Shown: positions 40,004 through 49,267 of the stretch, one piece after another
Layout of the letters: each line of letters begins with the position of its first letter
Position numbering within the stretch: position 1 is the first letter of the stretch
Source of the DNA: Vicinamibacterales bacterium
GTDB lineage: Bacteria; Acidobacteriota; Vicinamibacteria; Vicinamibacterales; SCN-69-37
Assembly (NCBI GenBank): GCA_039925145.1
Contig: JBDSZL010000018.1
Location: 441-64,440 of the forward strand
Length of the DNA stretch: 64,000 bases
Direction: 5' to 3'
The notes under the pieces: generated by a model
The model's input: the letters and a program-made list of their open reading frames with translations, nothing else
Database searches by the model: none
What the model was told of the DNA's origin: nothing
Program-made: the position numbers and the translations under genes

Positions 40004-41884
40004 ATGCGCCGCGTGCGCCCGCGTCTGTCGAAGTCTCTTGACCGCCTGGTTCTGACTCTGCTCTTGCTCGCCGCGGCGATCGAAGTCACTGGTGGATTTG
40101 CGTTCACGATTGCCGGCGTGCACCTCTCGGCGCGCTCATGGCACCGGCCACTCCTTCTGGCTGTGGCTCTTTTTTCGGTGCGCGTCGTCCTCGACTGGCG
40201 CACGCCGCCGCCGTCCGTGCTGTTACGGATGCTGCGTGGCCTCTACGATCGCCGGGCCGACGCGTTCATCCCGCTGCCGTCAGGCACGCGGTGGGCGCGC
40301 CGCGCGATGGCATGGGGCGGACTGGCCGTCCTCACGGCCATCATGCTGCACGCGCAACTGCAGCACATGGACTCAGTGTCCGACCTGGGTGACCCGCTGT
40401 TTTCCGTCTGGCGGCTCGGGTGGGTCTATCACCAGCTCGTTGGGGATCCGAGAGCGCTGTTCGACGCCAATATTTTTCATCCGCAGCCGCTGACGCTGAC
40501 CTACTCGGACTCGATGCTGCTGCCGGCGCTGATTACGGCGCCCCTCATGGCCGTCGGGATTCATCCGGTCGTGGCGATGAACACCGTGGTGGTCGGCAGC
40601 TTTCTCTTCTCGGCGATTGCCTGCTACCTGCTGGTCGAAGACTTGACCGCGTCGGCAGGAGCCGGCTTCATTGCCGGACTGTTGTGGGCGTTTCATCCGT
40701 TCCACTACGAGCACTACTCGCACTTCGAGTTGCTGATGGCGTGGTGGATACCGCTATCGCTTTTGGGTTTGCATCGGTTCATCAGGACGGGCCGCATCCG
40801 CCACGCCGTGTTCGCGGCCCTCATGGTCGTGGCGCAGCTCTATTCGTCCATGTATCTGGCGGTGCTGTATCTCTGGTTTGCTGCCGCGGTTTTCCTGGTT
40901 CTCTGCGGGCTGGCGCGGCCGCCCGTGCGCCGGGTACTGGTCGGCGGCGTCCTGGCGGGCGGGATCGCTCTGGCGCTCGCTCTTCCACTCTCGCGCGTCT
41001 ACGAGTCTGCTCATCTGCACGACAGGCCGGTGAAGGAGGTGGCAGGTTACAGCGCCACAATGACGGACTACCTGCGCGCGCCCTCGCGCGACGCGTTCTG
41101 GGCTCACCGATCCCTCGGCGACGCCGTGCCCGAACGCGCGATGTTCCCGGGGCTCCTGGTGGCGGCGCTTGCACTGGCGGGACTGTTTCCGCCCCTCGGA
41201 ATGGTGCGGACCGCCTACGTGGCCGCCCTCGTGCTGGCCGTGGAGATCACGCTCGGCACGAACGGGCGTGTGTATCCTGCTCTCTATCAAACGCTGCCGT
41301 TCATGCGCGGCATGAGGGTGCCGGCGCGCGCCAGCATCCTTGTGGGGCTCGCCCTGGCGGTGCTGGCTGGATTTGCCGTCCGTCGCCTGCTCGCGGGACG
41401 CTCGCAGCGCTGGCAGGCGGGCATGCTCGCGTGCCTGGCTGCATTTGCAGTCATCGAGCTGAGGCCGTCGTTTCCGCTCGAGCAGGTGTGGCACCAACCG
41501 CCCGTGATCTATCAGGCGATCGGCGGCAGGCCTGGCGTCGTGCTGGCTGAGTTCCCCATGGGACTGACACCAGGTGCGCGTCTCACCGACACGCCTCACA
41601 TGTACTTCTCGCTCTGGCACTGGACGCAGTTGATCAACGGATACAGCGGGCACCCGCCCGACGGATACGGCGATTTCCAATCTGCAATGAAGCCATTTCC
41701 CGCGCCCCAGACACTCGATCTACTGCGGGCTCGCGGCGCCACGCACGTCACGGTCAACTGCGCGCTCTATGTGGAGGGCTGCGACGCATTGATCGAGCAC
41801 ATCGAGCGTGTGCCCGATCTTCGACTTCTCGTGGCCGCCAAGTGGGAGGGCCAGCCTGTACGCCTGTACGAGCTGAAACGGTGA
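40004..41884 (+). CDS. Large polytopic membrane protein, GT-C glycosyltransferase-like (paralog 1)
   Basis: More than 10 TM segments. Conserved loop HMDSVSDLGDPLFSVWRLGWV..NIFHPQPLTLTYSDSMLLP is shared with the 41931..43847 product. The functional label is an inference. Confidence 0.6.
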   Translation: MRRVRPRLSKSLDRLVLTLLLLAAAIEVTGGFAFTIAGVHLSARSWHRPLLLAVALFSVRVVLDWRTPPPSVLLRMLRGLYDRRADAFIPLPSGTRWARRAMAWGGLAVLTAIMLHAQLQHMDSVSDLGDPLFSVWRLGWVYHQLVGDPRALFDANIFHPQPLTLTYSDSMLLPALITAPLMAVGIHPVVAMNTVVVGSFLFSAIACYLLVEDLTASAGAGFIAGLLWAFHPFHYEHYSHFELLMAWWIPLSLLGLHRFIRTGRIRHAVFAALMVVAQLYSSMYLAVLYLWFAAAVFLVLCGLARPPVRRVLVGGVLAGGIALALALPLSRVYESAHLHDRPVKEVAGYSATMTDYLRAPSRDAFWAHRSLGDAVPERAMFPGLLVAALALAGLFPPLGMVRTAYVAALVLAVEITLGTNGRVYPALYQTLPFMRGMRVPARASILVGLALAVLAGFAVRRLLAGRSQRWQAGMLACLAAFAVIELRPSFPLEQVWHQPPVIYQAIGGRPGVVLAEFPMGLTPGARLTDTPHMYFSLWHWTQLINGYSGHPPDGYGDFQSAMKPFPAPQTLDLLRARGATHVTVNCALYVEGCDALIEHIERVPDLRLLVAAKWEGQPVRLYELKR

Positions 41885-41930
41885 TCGTACGTGCACGCCA
41901 GCCACCCGCCGCGCGGAGCCACGGGATGTG

Positions 41931-43847
41931 TCAACGCTGAAGCGAGTACAACTGCACAGTGGCCCCCTGCCAGGACGACTGCGCGATTCGATGCAGCTGT
42001 GGAAATCGTTCCGCCTGTTTCACCAGGCTGGCGCAGTAGTCAGCGTCGTCGTAGAGCGCGCAGTTCACGGTGACGTGCGTGACGCCGTGGTCGATCAGGG
42101 CGGCCAGCGCGCCCGTGTCGGGAAAAGTTTCGATGCGGGTCACGAAGTCGTCGTACCACCTGGGAGCAAAACCACTCGCGCCGTTGACCATGTTCGACCA
42201 GTGCCACAGCGAGAAGTACAGGAAGGGCATCCCCTCGGTAAAGTGGCCGATATGTGTGCGCACCGGAAACTCAGCGAGCACCACGTTCGGCACGCCCGTC
42301 AACGCGGCATACACAGCGGGCGGCTCGCGCCACACCGGCTCGATGGGCAGTCGCTGAGCCATGTCGAACCCAGCAAGCCCGACCAGAACGGCAAACACGA
42401 CGTTCTGCCCTGTAGTCGTGCGCAGGCGGCTCAGGAGGCGCGCGACCGAGAACGCCGCCAGGAGGGCGAGCGTCATGCCGACGATGATCCCGAATCGTGC
42501 CGGCACCCGCATGCCCCGAATGATGCCCGAGGAGCGGTAGAGCAGTGGATACGTCAGGCCGTGGGTGCCGAGCGACCCGTCAAATGCATACAGCAGACCG
42601 GCGCCATACGCGATCGCGGCGGGACCCACCGGCGGAAGAAAAGCCGCGGCTCCGAGCGCAAGGGGCATCACTCCAGGAAACAGCTCCCGCTCCGGATGCT
42701 CTGACTTGAGATAGTGCCCGTACAGCAAACTGCGCCAGTGTGCGTGGCCATAGTCACCTGGGGTCGCACTATAGAACTCCACGGTGTCCAGAGGGCGTTC
42801 GCCTTTGGCCGGCTGCGCGGCCAGATAAGGTTTCGCAAGGGGGACTGCCAGCGCTCCGGCAACCAGCGCGGCGGCGCCAGCCCCCAACCAGAACGACTTC
42901 CACCCTGGGCGGGCCAGCCGAAGCCAGACCCACAGCACCGGCACTGTGTACGTCAGGAAGAACACGCCGTAGTACATCGACGAGTACAGCAATCCAGCGG
43001 TGCACAGCCCCGCTGCGACGGCGTAACGCACGCGAGCGGTGCCGATATATCGGTGCCACGCCAGCAGCGCCAGGGGCATCCAATAGGTCATCTGAAGTTC
43101 CAGATGGCTGTGGTGCTGTATTCGGTACGGATAGAAGCCAAACAGCAGGGCGGCCATGAACGCGCCACGGCGCGAGCCGGTGAGATGTGTAGCCAGAGCG
43201 AACATCGCGATGCCGGACATCACGAAGCTCGCCACGAACAGGACGTTGTAGGCGATGACCGGATGTACGCCAAGCGCCAGCATTGGGACGGCCGTCAGCG
43301 AGGGCAGGAGCATCGAGTCGGAGTAGGTCAGCGTCAGCGGATCGGGGTAGAAAATATTGGGGCTGAACAGCGGCCGAGGGTCTCCGTGAAGAGAATGGAA
43401 CACCCAGCCGATCCGCCAGATGGAGAACAACGGATCGCCCAGGTCCGGAACCGAGTCCATGTGTCTGAGCTGCGGCCACAGCAGGATCGTTCCAGCCGCA
43501 CACAATCCCAGACAGGCCCATGTGAAGTCGCGCAGCCTCGGCGCCGCTGCGTGAACCGGCCGGGTCCCATCTGGATACCACCGACTACGGATTGCCTCCC
43601 ACTGCGTTCGGGGAATGCCAAGGGGCAGACCCCGACCCGCCGTAAAACGACGAAGCACAGCAATCAAGCAGGCGGCCAGGAGGGTGCGACCCGCCTGGTG
43701 CGCCGTAATTCGCACGCCGGACAGTTCGAGTGAGAAACCGCCAGAGAGATAGATCGCCGACGCAATCAACAGTGCTGCGAGGACCAGCAGATCGAGCGTC
43801 AAAGCCAGACGAGGCCTGGCCTTGGGGACGGAAGGCACGGCAGCCAT
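41931..43847 (-). CDS. Large polytopic membrane protein, GT-C glycosyltransferase-like (paralog 2)
   Basis: Collinear similarity to 40004..41884 along its length, including the C-terminal soluble domain (HVTVNCALY...LY.L.R). The two stops converge 46 nt apart. Confidence 0.6.
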   Translation of the reverse strand: MAAVPSVPKARPRLALTLDLLVLAALLIASAIYLSGGFSLELSGVRITAHQAGRTLLAACLIAVLRRFTAGRGLPLGIPRTQWEAIRSRWYPDGTRPVHAAAPRLRDFTWACLGLCAAGTILLWPQLRHMDSVPDLGDPLFSIWRIGWVFHSLHGDPRPLFSPNIFYPDPLTLTYSDSMLLPSLTAVPMLALGVHPVIAYNVLFVASFVMSGIAMFALATHLTGSRRGAFMAALLFGFYPYRIQHHSHLELQMTYWMPLALLAWHRYIGTARVRYAVAAGLCTAGLLYSSMYYGVFFLTYTVPVLWVWLRLARPGWKSFWLGAGAAALVAGALAVPLAKPYLAAQPAKGERPLDTVEFYSATPGDYGHAHWRSLLYGHYLKSEHPERELFPGVMPLALGAAAFLPPVGPAAIAYGAGLLYAFDGSLGTHGLTYPLLYRSSGIIRGMRVPARFGIIVGMTLALLAAFSVARLLSRLRTTTGQNVVFAVLVGLAGFDMAQRLPIEPVWREPPAVYAALTGVPNVVLAEFPVRTHIGHFTEGMPFLYFSLWHWSNMVNGASGFAPRWYDDFVTRIETFPDTGALAALIDHGVTHVTVNCALYDDADYCASLVKQAERFPQLHRIAQSSWQGATVQLYSLQR

Positions 43848-43906
43848 TTTATGTTAGCCGGGCGGCCACTTCGTGCTGTCGGCCAGTCCAGTAAGGGTTA
43901 TCCGAG

Positions 43907-44752
43907 TTGGCGAAACAGCAACCCGCTTCGATCATCTTGGTGACCGCGCTCGAGACTGTTGGTGCAGAGCAACATAGAATTCCAGAGGGATGTCGACTGA
44001 TACACATGCAGAAGGATGAGCTTCAGCGAAGCGCCGATGCGTTGCGGTGGTACCACACCATTGACCTCGGGCAGGGAGTCGTCACCAATGGCGTGGACAA
44101 CTCGCCCGAGCGGCTCGCCCGCGTGCAGTTGCCAGAAACCCTGGCTGGCAAGTCCGTGCTGGACATCGGGGCGTGGGACGGTTTCTTCTCGTTCGAGGCC
44201 GAACGCCGCAAGGCCGCGCGTGTGGTCGCTTCCGATCACTATGCCTGGCACGGCGTGGGATGGGGCACGGGACAGGGCAAGGCCGGCTTCGAGCTGGCAC
44301 GGGCGGCGTTGCACTCGCACGTCGAGGACGTCGATGTGGACGTCATGGAACTGTCTCCGGAACGGCTGGGCGTGTTCGACGTGGTGCTCTTTCTCGGTGT
44401 GCTGTATCACCTGCCGCACCCGCTGCTCGCCCTGGAACGGGTCTCGTCCGTGACCAAAGACCTGCTCGTCCTGGAGACCGTGGTGGACATGGTCGGTGAA
44501 ACAAGGCCAGCCGCGGCGTTCTATCCAGGCAAGGAACTGAATGGGGATCCCACGAACTGGTGGGGACCGAATCATGCAGCCGTGGTCGGCATGCTGCAGA
44601 GCGTGGGATTCGATCGTGTCGACGTCATCACGCCGATGCGCTCAACCGCGTTCCGCGCGGCGCGAGCCGTTTCACATCGCCTCAAGGGCAAGAACAGCCT
44701 GCGTGCTGCGTTTCGACAGGACCGGGCGGTGTTTCACGCCCGCAAGCGCTGA
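43907..44752 (+). CDS. Class I SAM-dependent methyltransferase (DUF1698/CmoB-like)
   Basis: WYHTIDLG..., VLDIGAWDGFFSFEA, FDVVLFLGVLYHLPHP. The true start may be ATG 44006. Confidence 0.7.
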   Translation: MAKQQPASIILVTALETVGAEQHRIPEGCRLIHMQKDELQRSADALRWYHTIDLGQGVVTNGVDNSPERLARVQLPETLAGKSVLDIGAWDGFFSFEAERRKAARVVASDHYAWHGVGWGTGQGKAGFELARAALHSHVEDVDVDVMELSPERLGVFDVVLFLGVLYHLPHPLLALERVSSVTKDLLVLETVVDMVGETRPAAAFYPGKELNGDPTNWWGPNHAAVVGMLQSVGFDRVDVITPMRSTAFRAARAVSHRLKGKNSLRAAFRQDRAVFHARKR

Positions 44753-44943
44753 GCGGGGAGGCTGCCATCAAGGCCCGTGCGCCCGGCACAGGTGAAGGAC
44801 TCGTGCGCCGCCCGTTCAGACGCCGCCTTGAATAGTTGTTGAATCCTCGAGTTGAGAAGGTATTGTACGTTCCATCTCCAAAGCCAATGGCCACTTCGAT
44901 CTGTGTGTACCAGGACAAGGGAAATCGACCGGGAGGTGTTCCA

Positions 44944-45843
44944 GTGAGAGCGAGACTAACGTGGTTGGTGGGTTGTTCCTTGACGGCTGTTTCGTTCGCG
45001 CTTTTTGCCCAGGAGCCCGGCGCTCCCGGCGTTCCTGGCGGTCGCGGACGGGGCGGCGGTGGTTTTGTCGCCAGTCCAACCTATGACAAAGAACCGCCGG
45101 TTCTGCCGGCTGATCTGAAGTCAGGCGGGGTTCTCATCTACTCGAAGACGAATGGCTTCCGCGACGAAGCCGGTATCCAGGCGTCCGATGCGGCGCTGGC
45201 GGCCATCGCTCACGAACGTGGCTATCCCTACTTCGTGACGGAAAACGGCGCCGTCATGAACAAGATACAACTCTCCAAATTCAAGCTCGTGATCTGGAAC
45301 AACAACAGCGGCGACACCCTGACGCCCGAACAGCGGGAAGTGTTTAAGACGTGGGTGGAGAACGGTGGGTCGTATGTGGGAACTCATGGCGCGGGTGGCG
45401 ACCCGAAATACAGCACTCCCAATGGTCGGAGTTCGCTCGCCGACTGGCCCTGGTATATCGAAACGCTGCTCGGAGCCCAGTTCACGAGCCATTCGTCTCA
45501 GCAGTTCGGCAACGCCCACGTGGAGGATCCAAAGAGTCCCCTGACGAAGGGAATGCCGGCTGTGTTCAATCGCAAGGATGAGTGGTACGCCTTCGCGACG
45601 AACCCACGCAGCCTGCCAGGGTTCCATATCCTGATCACCGCCGACGAGAAGAGCTACACGCCCGGCAATTCCACGATGGGTGCTGACCATCCGCTGGCCT
45701 GGTGGCATTGCGTCGGAAACGGTCACGTGTTCTATTCCGCGCTGGCTCATGGCGGGATGATGTATGCGGAGCCGGTCATCCTCCAGCTTTACGGGAACGC
45801 GATGGCCTGGGGCCTCGCCCAAAACGGCGAAGCCTGCAAATAG
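44944..45843 (+). CDS. ThuA domain-containing protein, secreted
   Basis: GTG 44944 behind GGGAGG. Signal peptide, then GVLIYSKTNGFRDE...VIWNNNSGD...GGSYVGTHGAGG. Confidence 0.7.
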   Translation: MRARLTWLVGCSLTAVSFALFAQEPGAPGVPGGRGRGGGGFVASPTYDKEPPVLPADLKSGGVLIYSKTNGFRDEAGIQASDAALAAIAHERGYPYFVTENGAVMNKIQLSKFKLVIWNNNSGDTLTPEQREVFKTWVENGGSYVGTHGAGGDPKYSTPNGRSSLADWPWYIETLLGAQFTSHSSQQFGNAHVEDPKSPLTKGMPAVFNRKDEWYAFATNPRSLPGFHILITADEKSYTPGNSTMGADHPLAWWHCVGNGHVFYSALAHGGMMYAEPVILQLYGNAMAWGLAQNGEACK

Positions 45844-45884
45844 CGATAGACCGCGGTCGGAATCTTCCGGCTCCGCGCTGTGCC

Positions 45885-45930
45885 GCGGGAATCGAACCCG
45901 CACGTCGCTTGCGCGACTCAGGATTTTAAG
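45885..45930 (-). other. Orphan copy of tRNA-Leu(UAA) 3' part (anticodon loop through T-arm); att-type direct repeat
   Basis: 46 nt identical to 47484..47529. Identity stops at the anticodon loop on one side. On the other side it stops before the acceptor 3' strand, which can only be aligned if 4 Gs of a G-run are deleted. Confidence 0.8.
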
Positions 45931-46137
45931 CCGGTCAGGGGCACTCTGTGAAAGGGACAGAGCGACGCGATTCGGCGTTTCTTGGCGCGTTTTCGCAAAT
46001 CGACGAGCGGACGGGGAACCTTGAAAACGCGTGAATGACGCTCCGTCCCTGCCAGTGGCCTGCCAGTAGCGAAGGGGGGCTCCGTGTCACGACCCTACGC
46101 CCGACGGCGGTATCATGCGTTGCGCGGAGAACGAATC

Positions 46138-46440
46138 ATGAGCCCTCACATTGTCATCGATCGCGAGGCCGTCTCCGCATTCTGTCGGCGGCATCACATT
46201 CTGCGGCTGGCTCTGTTCGGCTCCGTCCTCCGCGATGATTTTCGTTCGGACAGCGACGTCGACGTGCTCGTGGAGTTTCAGCCTGGACACGTGCCTGGGC
46301 TGAACTTCGTGAGCATCGAGCGCGAGTTCGCGAGCCTCTTGAATGGCCGGCGCGTGGACATGGTCACGCCGAAGTTCCTGAACCCCAGAATCCGCGATCA
46401 GGTGTTGAGCACCGCCGAACCGATCTATGTCGCCGCGTGA
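46138..46440 (+). CDS. mntA: Nucleotidyltransferase antitoxin MntA (type VII TA)
   Basis: LFGSVLRDDFRSDSDVDVLVEF minimal-NTase motif. Overlaps the downstream HEPN gene. Confidence 0.8.
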   Translation: MSPHIVIDREAVSAFCRRHHILRLALFGSVLRDDFRSDSDVDVLVEFQPGHVPGLNFVSIEREFASLLNGRRVDMVTPKFLNPRIRDQVLSTAEPIYVAA

Positions 46441-46774
46441 CATCGTTTACGTTGGGCACATGCTCGACATGGCGAGGAAGGCGGTGGGGAAGACTCAGGC
46501 GCTCTCACGGGCCACTTACGATGCGGACGAGAACCTTCGCCTGGCTCTGACGCATCTGGTCCAAATCATCGGTGAGGCCGCCCGCAACGTATCTCGCAAG
46601 TTCTGCGACGACCACCCGGCGATTCCGTGGACCGACATCATCGGCATGCGGCACAAAGTCGTGCACGACTATCTCGGCGTTGATGAGGACATCGTCTGGC
46701 AGGTCGTCACGGAGGACCTGCCCAAGCTGGTATCCGCGCTCGAGCCACTCGTCCCGCCGTCCGGCGGCGACTGA
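46427..46774 (+). CDS. hepT: HepT-like HEPN ribonuclease toxin (DUF86)
   Basis: Rx4HxY motif RHKVVHDY. 14-nt overlap with mntA. Confidence 0.8.
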   Translation: MSPRDIVYVGHMLDMARKAVGKTQALSRATYDADENLRLALTHLVQIIGEAARNVSRKFCDDHPAIPWTDIIGMRHKVVHDYLGVDEDIVWQVVTEDLPKLVSALEPLVPPSGGD

Positions 46775-46801
46775 AGGGGCTAGAGTGTCTACGAGGCATC
46801 A

Positions 46802-46996
46802 ATGTCAGACCAGACACTGATCGAGAAGATTCAGAGCCTGCCGCCGGAGCGGGTCGAGGAGGTCGAGGACTTCGTCGATTTCCTCAGGACTCGCGATCAG
46901 GACCGGGCTCTCGTCCATGCTGCCGCTCGACTCTCTGAGGACGCGTTCCTCAAGGTCTGGGACAATCCGGACGATGCCGAGTACGATCGGCTCTAA
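46802..46996 (+). CDS. DUF2281-like type II antitoxin
   Basis: LIEKIQSLPPERVEEVEDFVDFLRTR pattern. Overlaps the start of the toxin remnant. Confidence 0.6.
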   Translation: MSDQTLIEKIQSLPPERVEEVEDFVDFLRTRDQDRALVHAAARLSEDAFLKVWDNPDDAEYDRL

Positions 46997-47300
46997 GTTC
47001 GGCGACGTCGTCCTCGTCCCCTTTCTGTTCACGGACCAAACGGCCTCGAAGAGAGGCCCGCAGTCGCTGTGAGTTCTGACGCCTACCACCTTGACCGTTC
47101 GGACGTCGTCCTCCTGGCCGTCACGAGCCGGATCATCAGTCAGGCGACGACGGTCGGGGAACCTCCTGATCGAAGAGTAGCTCGAGGCCGGGCTCTTGAG
47201 GCCTCACTGATCAAGCCCGTGTTCACCACCGTCGAGCAGGGGCTGATTCGCAAGAAGCTGGGTGAGCTTCAGCGACGATCGAGCGGGGGAAGGCCGGACG
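46974..47300 (+). pseudogene. Frameshifted PemK/MazF-like toxin
   Basis: ATG 46974 gives MPSTIGSKFGDVVLVPFLFTDQTASKRGPQSL then a stop. Homology continues in the next frame (VSSDAYHLDRSDVVLLAVTSRI...LIKPVFTTVEQGLIRKKLGEL). That frame lacks a proper stop and reads on through the tRNA. Confidence 0.55.
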
Positions 47301-47472
47301 GCGGAGTTGAGGGTGCCGTCCTCGTGAGATCGCAACGACCTGGCAGCCGTCGAGCGGGTGGTGCCGGACGGGGAGGTTGCGTTGGCGGTCGGCGCTGTCC
47401 CGTTGAGGCGCTCTTGCCGACGGCCCCCAACGCGGGGTGTCCGGCGACAGGACCCGATCGACGAGGTGATCG

Positions 47473-47561
47473 TGGTGCCGGGGGCGGGAATCGAACCCGC
47501 ACGTCGCTTGCGCGACTCAGGATTTTAAGTCCTGTGCGTCTGCCAGTTTCGCCACCCCGGC
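47473..47561 (-). tRNA. tRNA-Leu (anticodon UAA), type II, CCA encoded
   Basis: Folded by hand: acceptor GCCGGGG/CCCCGGC, D-stem GCG/CGC, anticodon stem CAGGA/TCCTG with loop CTTAAAA, long variable arm GTCGC-GCAA-GCGAC, T-arm GCGGG-TTCGATT-CCCGC, then ACCA. Confidence 0.9.
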
Positions 47562-47589
47562 GTATGTTTAGAATCAATCACTTACACTG

Positions 47590-48699
47590 CTACGCGCCTC
47601 GCTTCTTGCCCCGTTTCTGGTCCAGTGTGCCCGAAAGTGTGCCCGCCGCCTGATCAATCTTCGCCGCCGCGTCTCTCAGTGCGCCGGCATCGACGATCGC
47701 ATACCGGCGGTAAATCGCCTCGGTCTTGTGGCCGACCATCGCCATTGCGGCCGACCGCGACACGCCGACGTGTTCGAGGTTCCGAACCGCCGTGCGCCTG
47801 AAGTCGTGCGGGATGCGCCCCGGCTGACCGGCAGCCACGCAGGCCGCCTGCCACGAGCCGCGCATGCTCTTAATCGGCTCGCCGTCACGGTGGAACACGT
47901 GGGGAACGATCTTGCCAGCCTTCTTGAGCCGCTTGTGATCGTCCAGTTGCGTGGTCAGCAACGCCTCCAGGGCAGCCGTGAACGGGTAGCTTCGGCCTTC
48001 CCGGTTCTTGGTCGTGCCAGGGTCGAGCCGCACGACACGGTTGTTCCAGTCGACCTGACGCCACTGCAAGGGCAGGATCTCGCTCTTGAGCCGCCAGCCT
48101 GTGATGTGCGCGAACGTCGCAACCGGCTGCAGCGCGGCCGGGAGGTGCGAGACCACACCGCGGAACTGTTCTGGCTCGAAGAACCCACGGCGGACGTTGT
48201 CCTCCTCGAGCATGGGAATGTGTGGCTTCGCGTGGAGCTTTCGATCCTTGACGGCCAGGGAGAACATCCGTTTCAGGACGGCGAGTTCACGATTGATCGT
48301 GCCATTGGCCGCACCCTCCGCTTGCCGCGCCGTGATGTACTCCCGGACCACTGATGTCGTAATCGCCAACAGCCGGCGGCCCTTGAAAGTGGGGGAGAGG
48401 TGTAGGTCGATGCGACGTTGCGCATCGCCCAGCGATCGCCGCCCGTTGATCTGGTAGTCGTTGATGATGTCCTTCGCCGCGTCCTCGAACGTAATGCGGC
48501 CCATCTTCGGCTCGATCGGCACGCCGTGCTCGACGTCGCCCTCTCGTGACCGGAGCATCCGGCGCGCCGCGCCTTCCTTCGTGCTGCCCGTGCTCTCTCG
48601 GACGGAGCGCCCATCCTGGTAGAACTTGATCCACCACGTCGGCAGCTCGCGAACGGTGCCGTCTGTCTGCTTCTTCGTGCGGCGGTAGATGCTACCCAT
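47590..48699 (-). CDS. int: Tyrosine-type site-specific integrase
   Basis: N-terminal SAM-like/arm-binding region. Catalytic C-terminus ...HDFRRTAVRNL...MVGHKTEAIYRRYAIV (R..HxxR..Y). Confidence 0.9.
   Translation of the reverse strand: MGSIYRRTKKQTDGTVRELPTWWIKFYQDGRSVRESTGSTKEGAARRMLRSREGDVEHGVPIEPKMGRITFEDAAKDIINDYQINGRRSLGDAQRRIDLHLSPTFKGRRLLAITTSVVREYITARQAEGAANGTINRELAVLKRMFSLAVKDRKLHAKPHIPMLEEDNVRRGFFEPEQFRGVVSHLPAALQPVATFAHITGWRLKSEILPLQWRQVDWNNRVVRLDPGTTKNREGRSYPFTAALEALLTTQLDDHKRLKKAGKIVPHVFHRDGEPIKSMRGSWQAACVAAGQPGRIPHDFRRTAVRNLEHVGVSRSAAMAMVGHKTEAIYRRYAIVDAGALRDAAAKIDQAAGTLSGTLDQKRGKKRGA
47624..47644 (+). promoter_or_regulatory. Two direct AGTGTGCCC 9-mers (candidate integrase arm-type sites, P' side)
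   Basis: 47624-47632 and 47636-47644, 12-bp phasing, about 100 bp from the core. They lie in the int 3' codons, giving the GTLSGTL peptide repeat. Confidence 0.45.
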
Positions 48700-48761
48700 G
48701 GGTTTCCGTCCGTTCTCCGCTCATCCCTGAGGCTGCCGACCGTAAGAGGGCGTCGAGCGCG

Positions 48762-49076
48762 TCAACCCGTTTGCTCTGGCCCGCTCACGTCCACCCCTCG
48801 CGACCACAACCACTGCACGACAACGGCGCTGCCTCTCGTTCCCGCGAGGAGCCTCGCACACGCGCTGTCCCGCGCGAGTGGACCCGGCGGCAGGTGGTCT
48901 TTGATCTCGCGTTGTACGGCGTTCCACTCGGTCGGGCTTGGTAGCCGCCGGTCCATCCGGTCGGCCCCCGTCCAGAGGACCGCGCCGTACCGCGCTTCGA
49001 GACAGAGCAGGCCCATGCCGGCAGCCCGCCCTGTCTCCAGCGACGACAACACAAAGCAGGTCGCCTGTAGTGTCAC
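48762..49076 (-). CDS. Hypothetical protein (island)
   Basis: GTG start overlaps the upstream stop (GTGA). High GC3 and protein-like composition. Preferred over the Arg-rich alternative frame. Confidence 0.4.
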   Translation of the reverse strand: MTLQATCFVLSSLETGRAAGMGLLCLEARYGAVLWTGADRMDRRLPSPTEWNAVQREIKDHLPPGPLARDSACARLLAGTRGSAVVVQWLWSRGVDVSGPEQTG

Positions 49077-49267
49077 TGTCTGGCTTCCTGTGTTTCGATC
49101 TGCCCAAGCAGCCCGCTGACGATCTCGTCCATCACGCTCACGGCTCGCGGCCTCAACCGGCAGAGCCGCTCAAGCTTGACATGCACCGTATCAAGGTCTC
49201 GCGTTGGGCTTGGAGTCGCGTCCAAACTGGTGATGGCTTCCATTCGGAATCGTCCATTGACGATCAC
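49073..49267 (-). CDS. Hypothetical small protein (island)
   Basis: 4-nt overlaps with both neighbouring genes. Confidence 0.4.
   Translation of the reverse strand: MIVNGRFRMEAITSLDATPSPTRDLDTVHVKLERLCRLRPRAVSVMDEIVSGLLGQIETQEARQ

Larger units (their letters stand above)
45931..47472. mobile_element. Degenerate island remnant (toxin-antitoxin cargo, no integrase) between the 3'-half tRNA copy and the intact tRNA
   Basis: Bounded by the 46-nt direct repeat. Contains only MntA/HepT and an antitoxin plus a frameshifted MazF-like toxin. Confidence 0.45.

Noticed and set aside
39631-40203. 190-aa minus ORF in the gap between the aldo/keto reductase and the first GT-C-like gene
   Set aside because: It is extremely Arg-rich (RRSRRSFRG-type runs) and overlaps both neighbours. 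It is treated as a shadow ORF, and 39819..40003 as intergenic.
41928-43733. Plus-strand ORFs 41928..42704 and 42714..43733, and minus ORF 42769..43581
   Set aside because: They are antisense or off-frame relative to the 638-aa membrane protein, which is validated by its paralog. Their composition is Arg/Gln/His-rich.
47301-47653. Continuation of the 194-aa plus ORF (47069..47653) through the tRNA gene and into the integrase 3' end
   Set aside because: Homology to MazF/PemK ends near 47280. The remainder is Gly/Arg-rich read-through across a tRNA gene and antisense to int.
48721-49107. 128-aa Arg/Pro/Gly-rich minus ORF overlapping 48762..49076 in another frame
   Set aside because: Its low-complexity basic composition is typical of an off-frame translation. 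The alternative frame is protein-like and is start/stop-coupled (GTGA) to the upstream gene.
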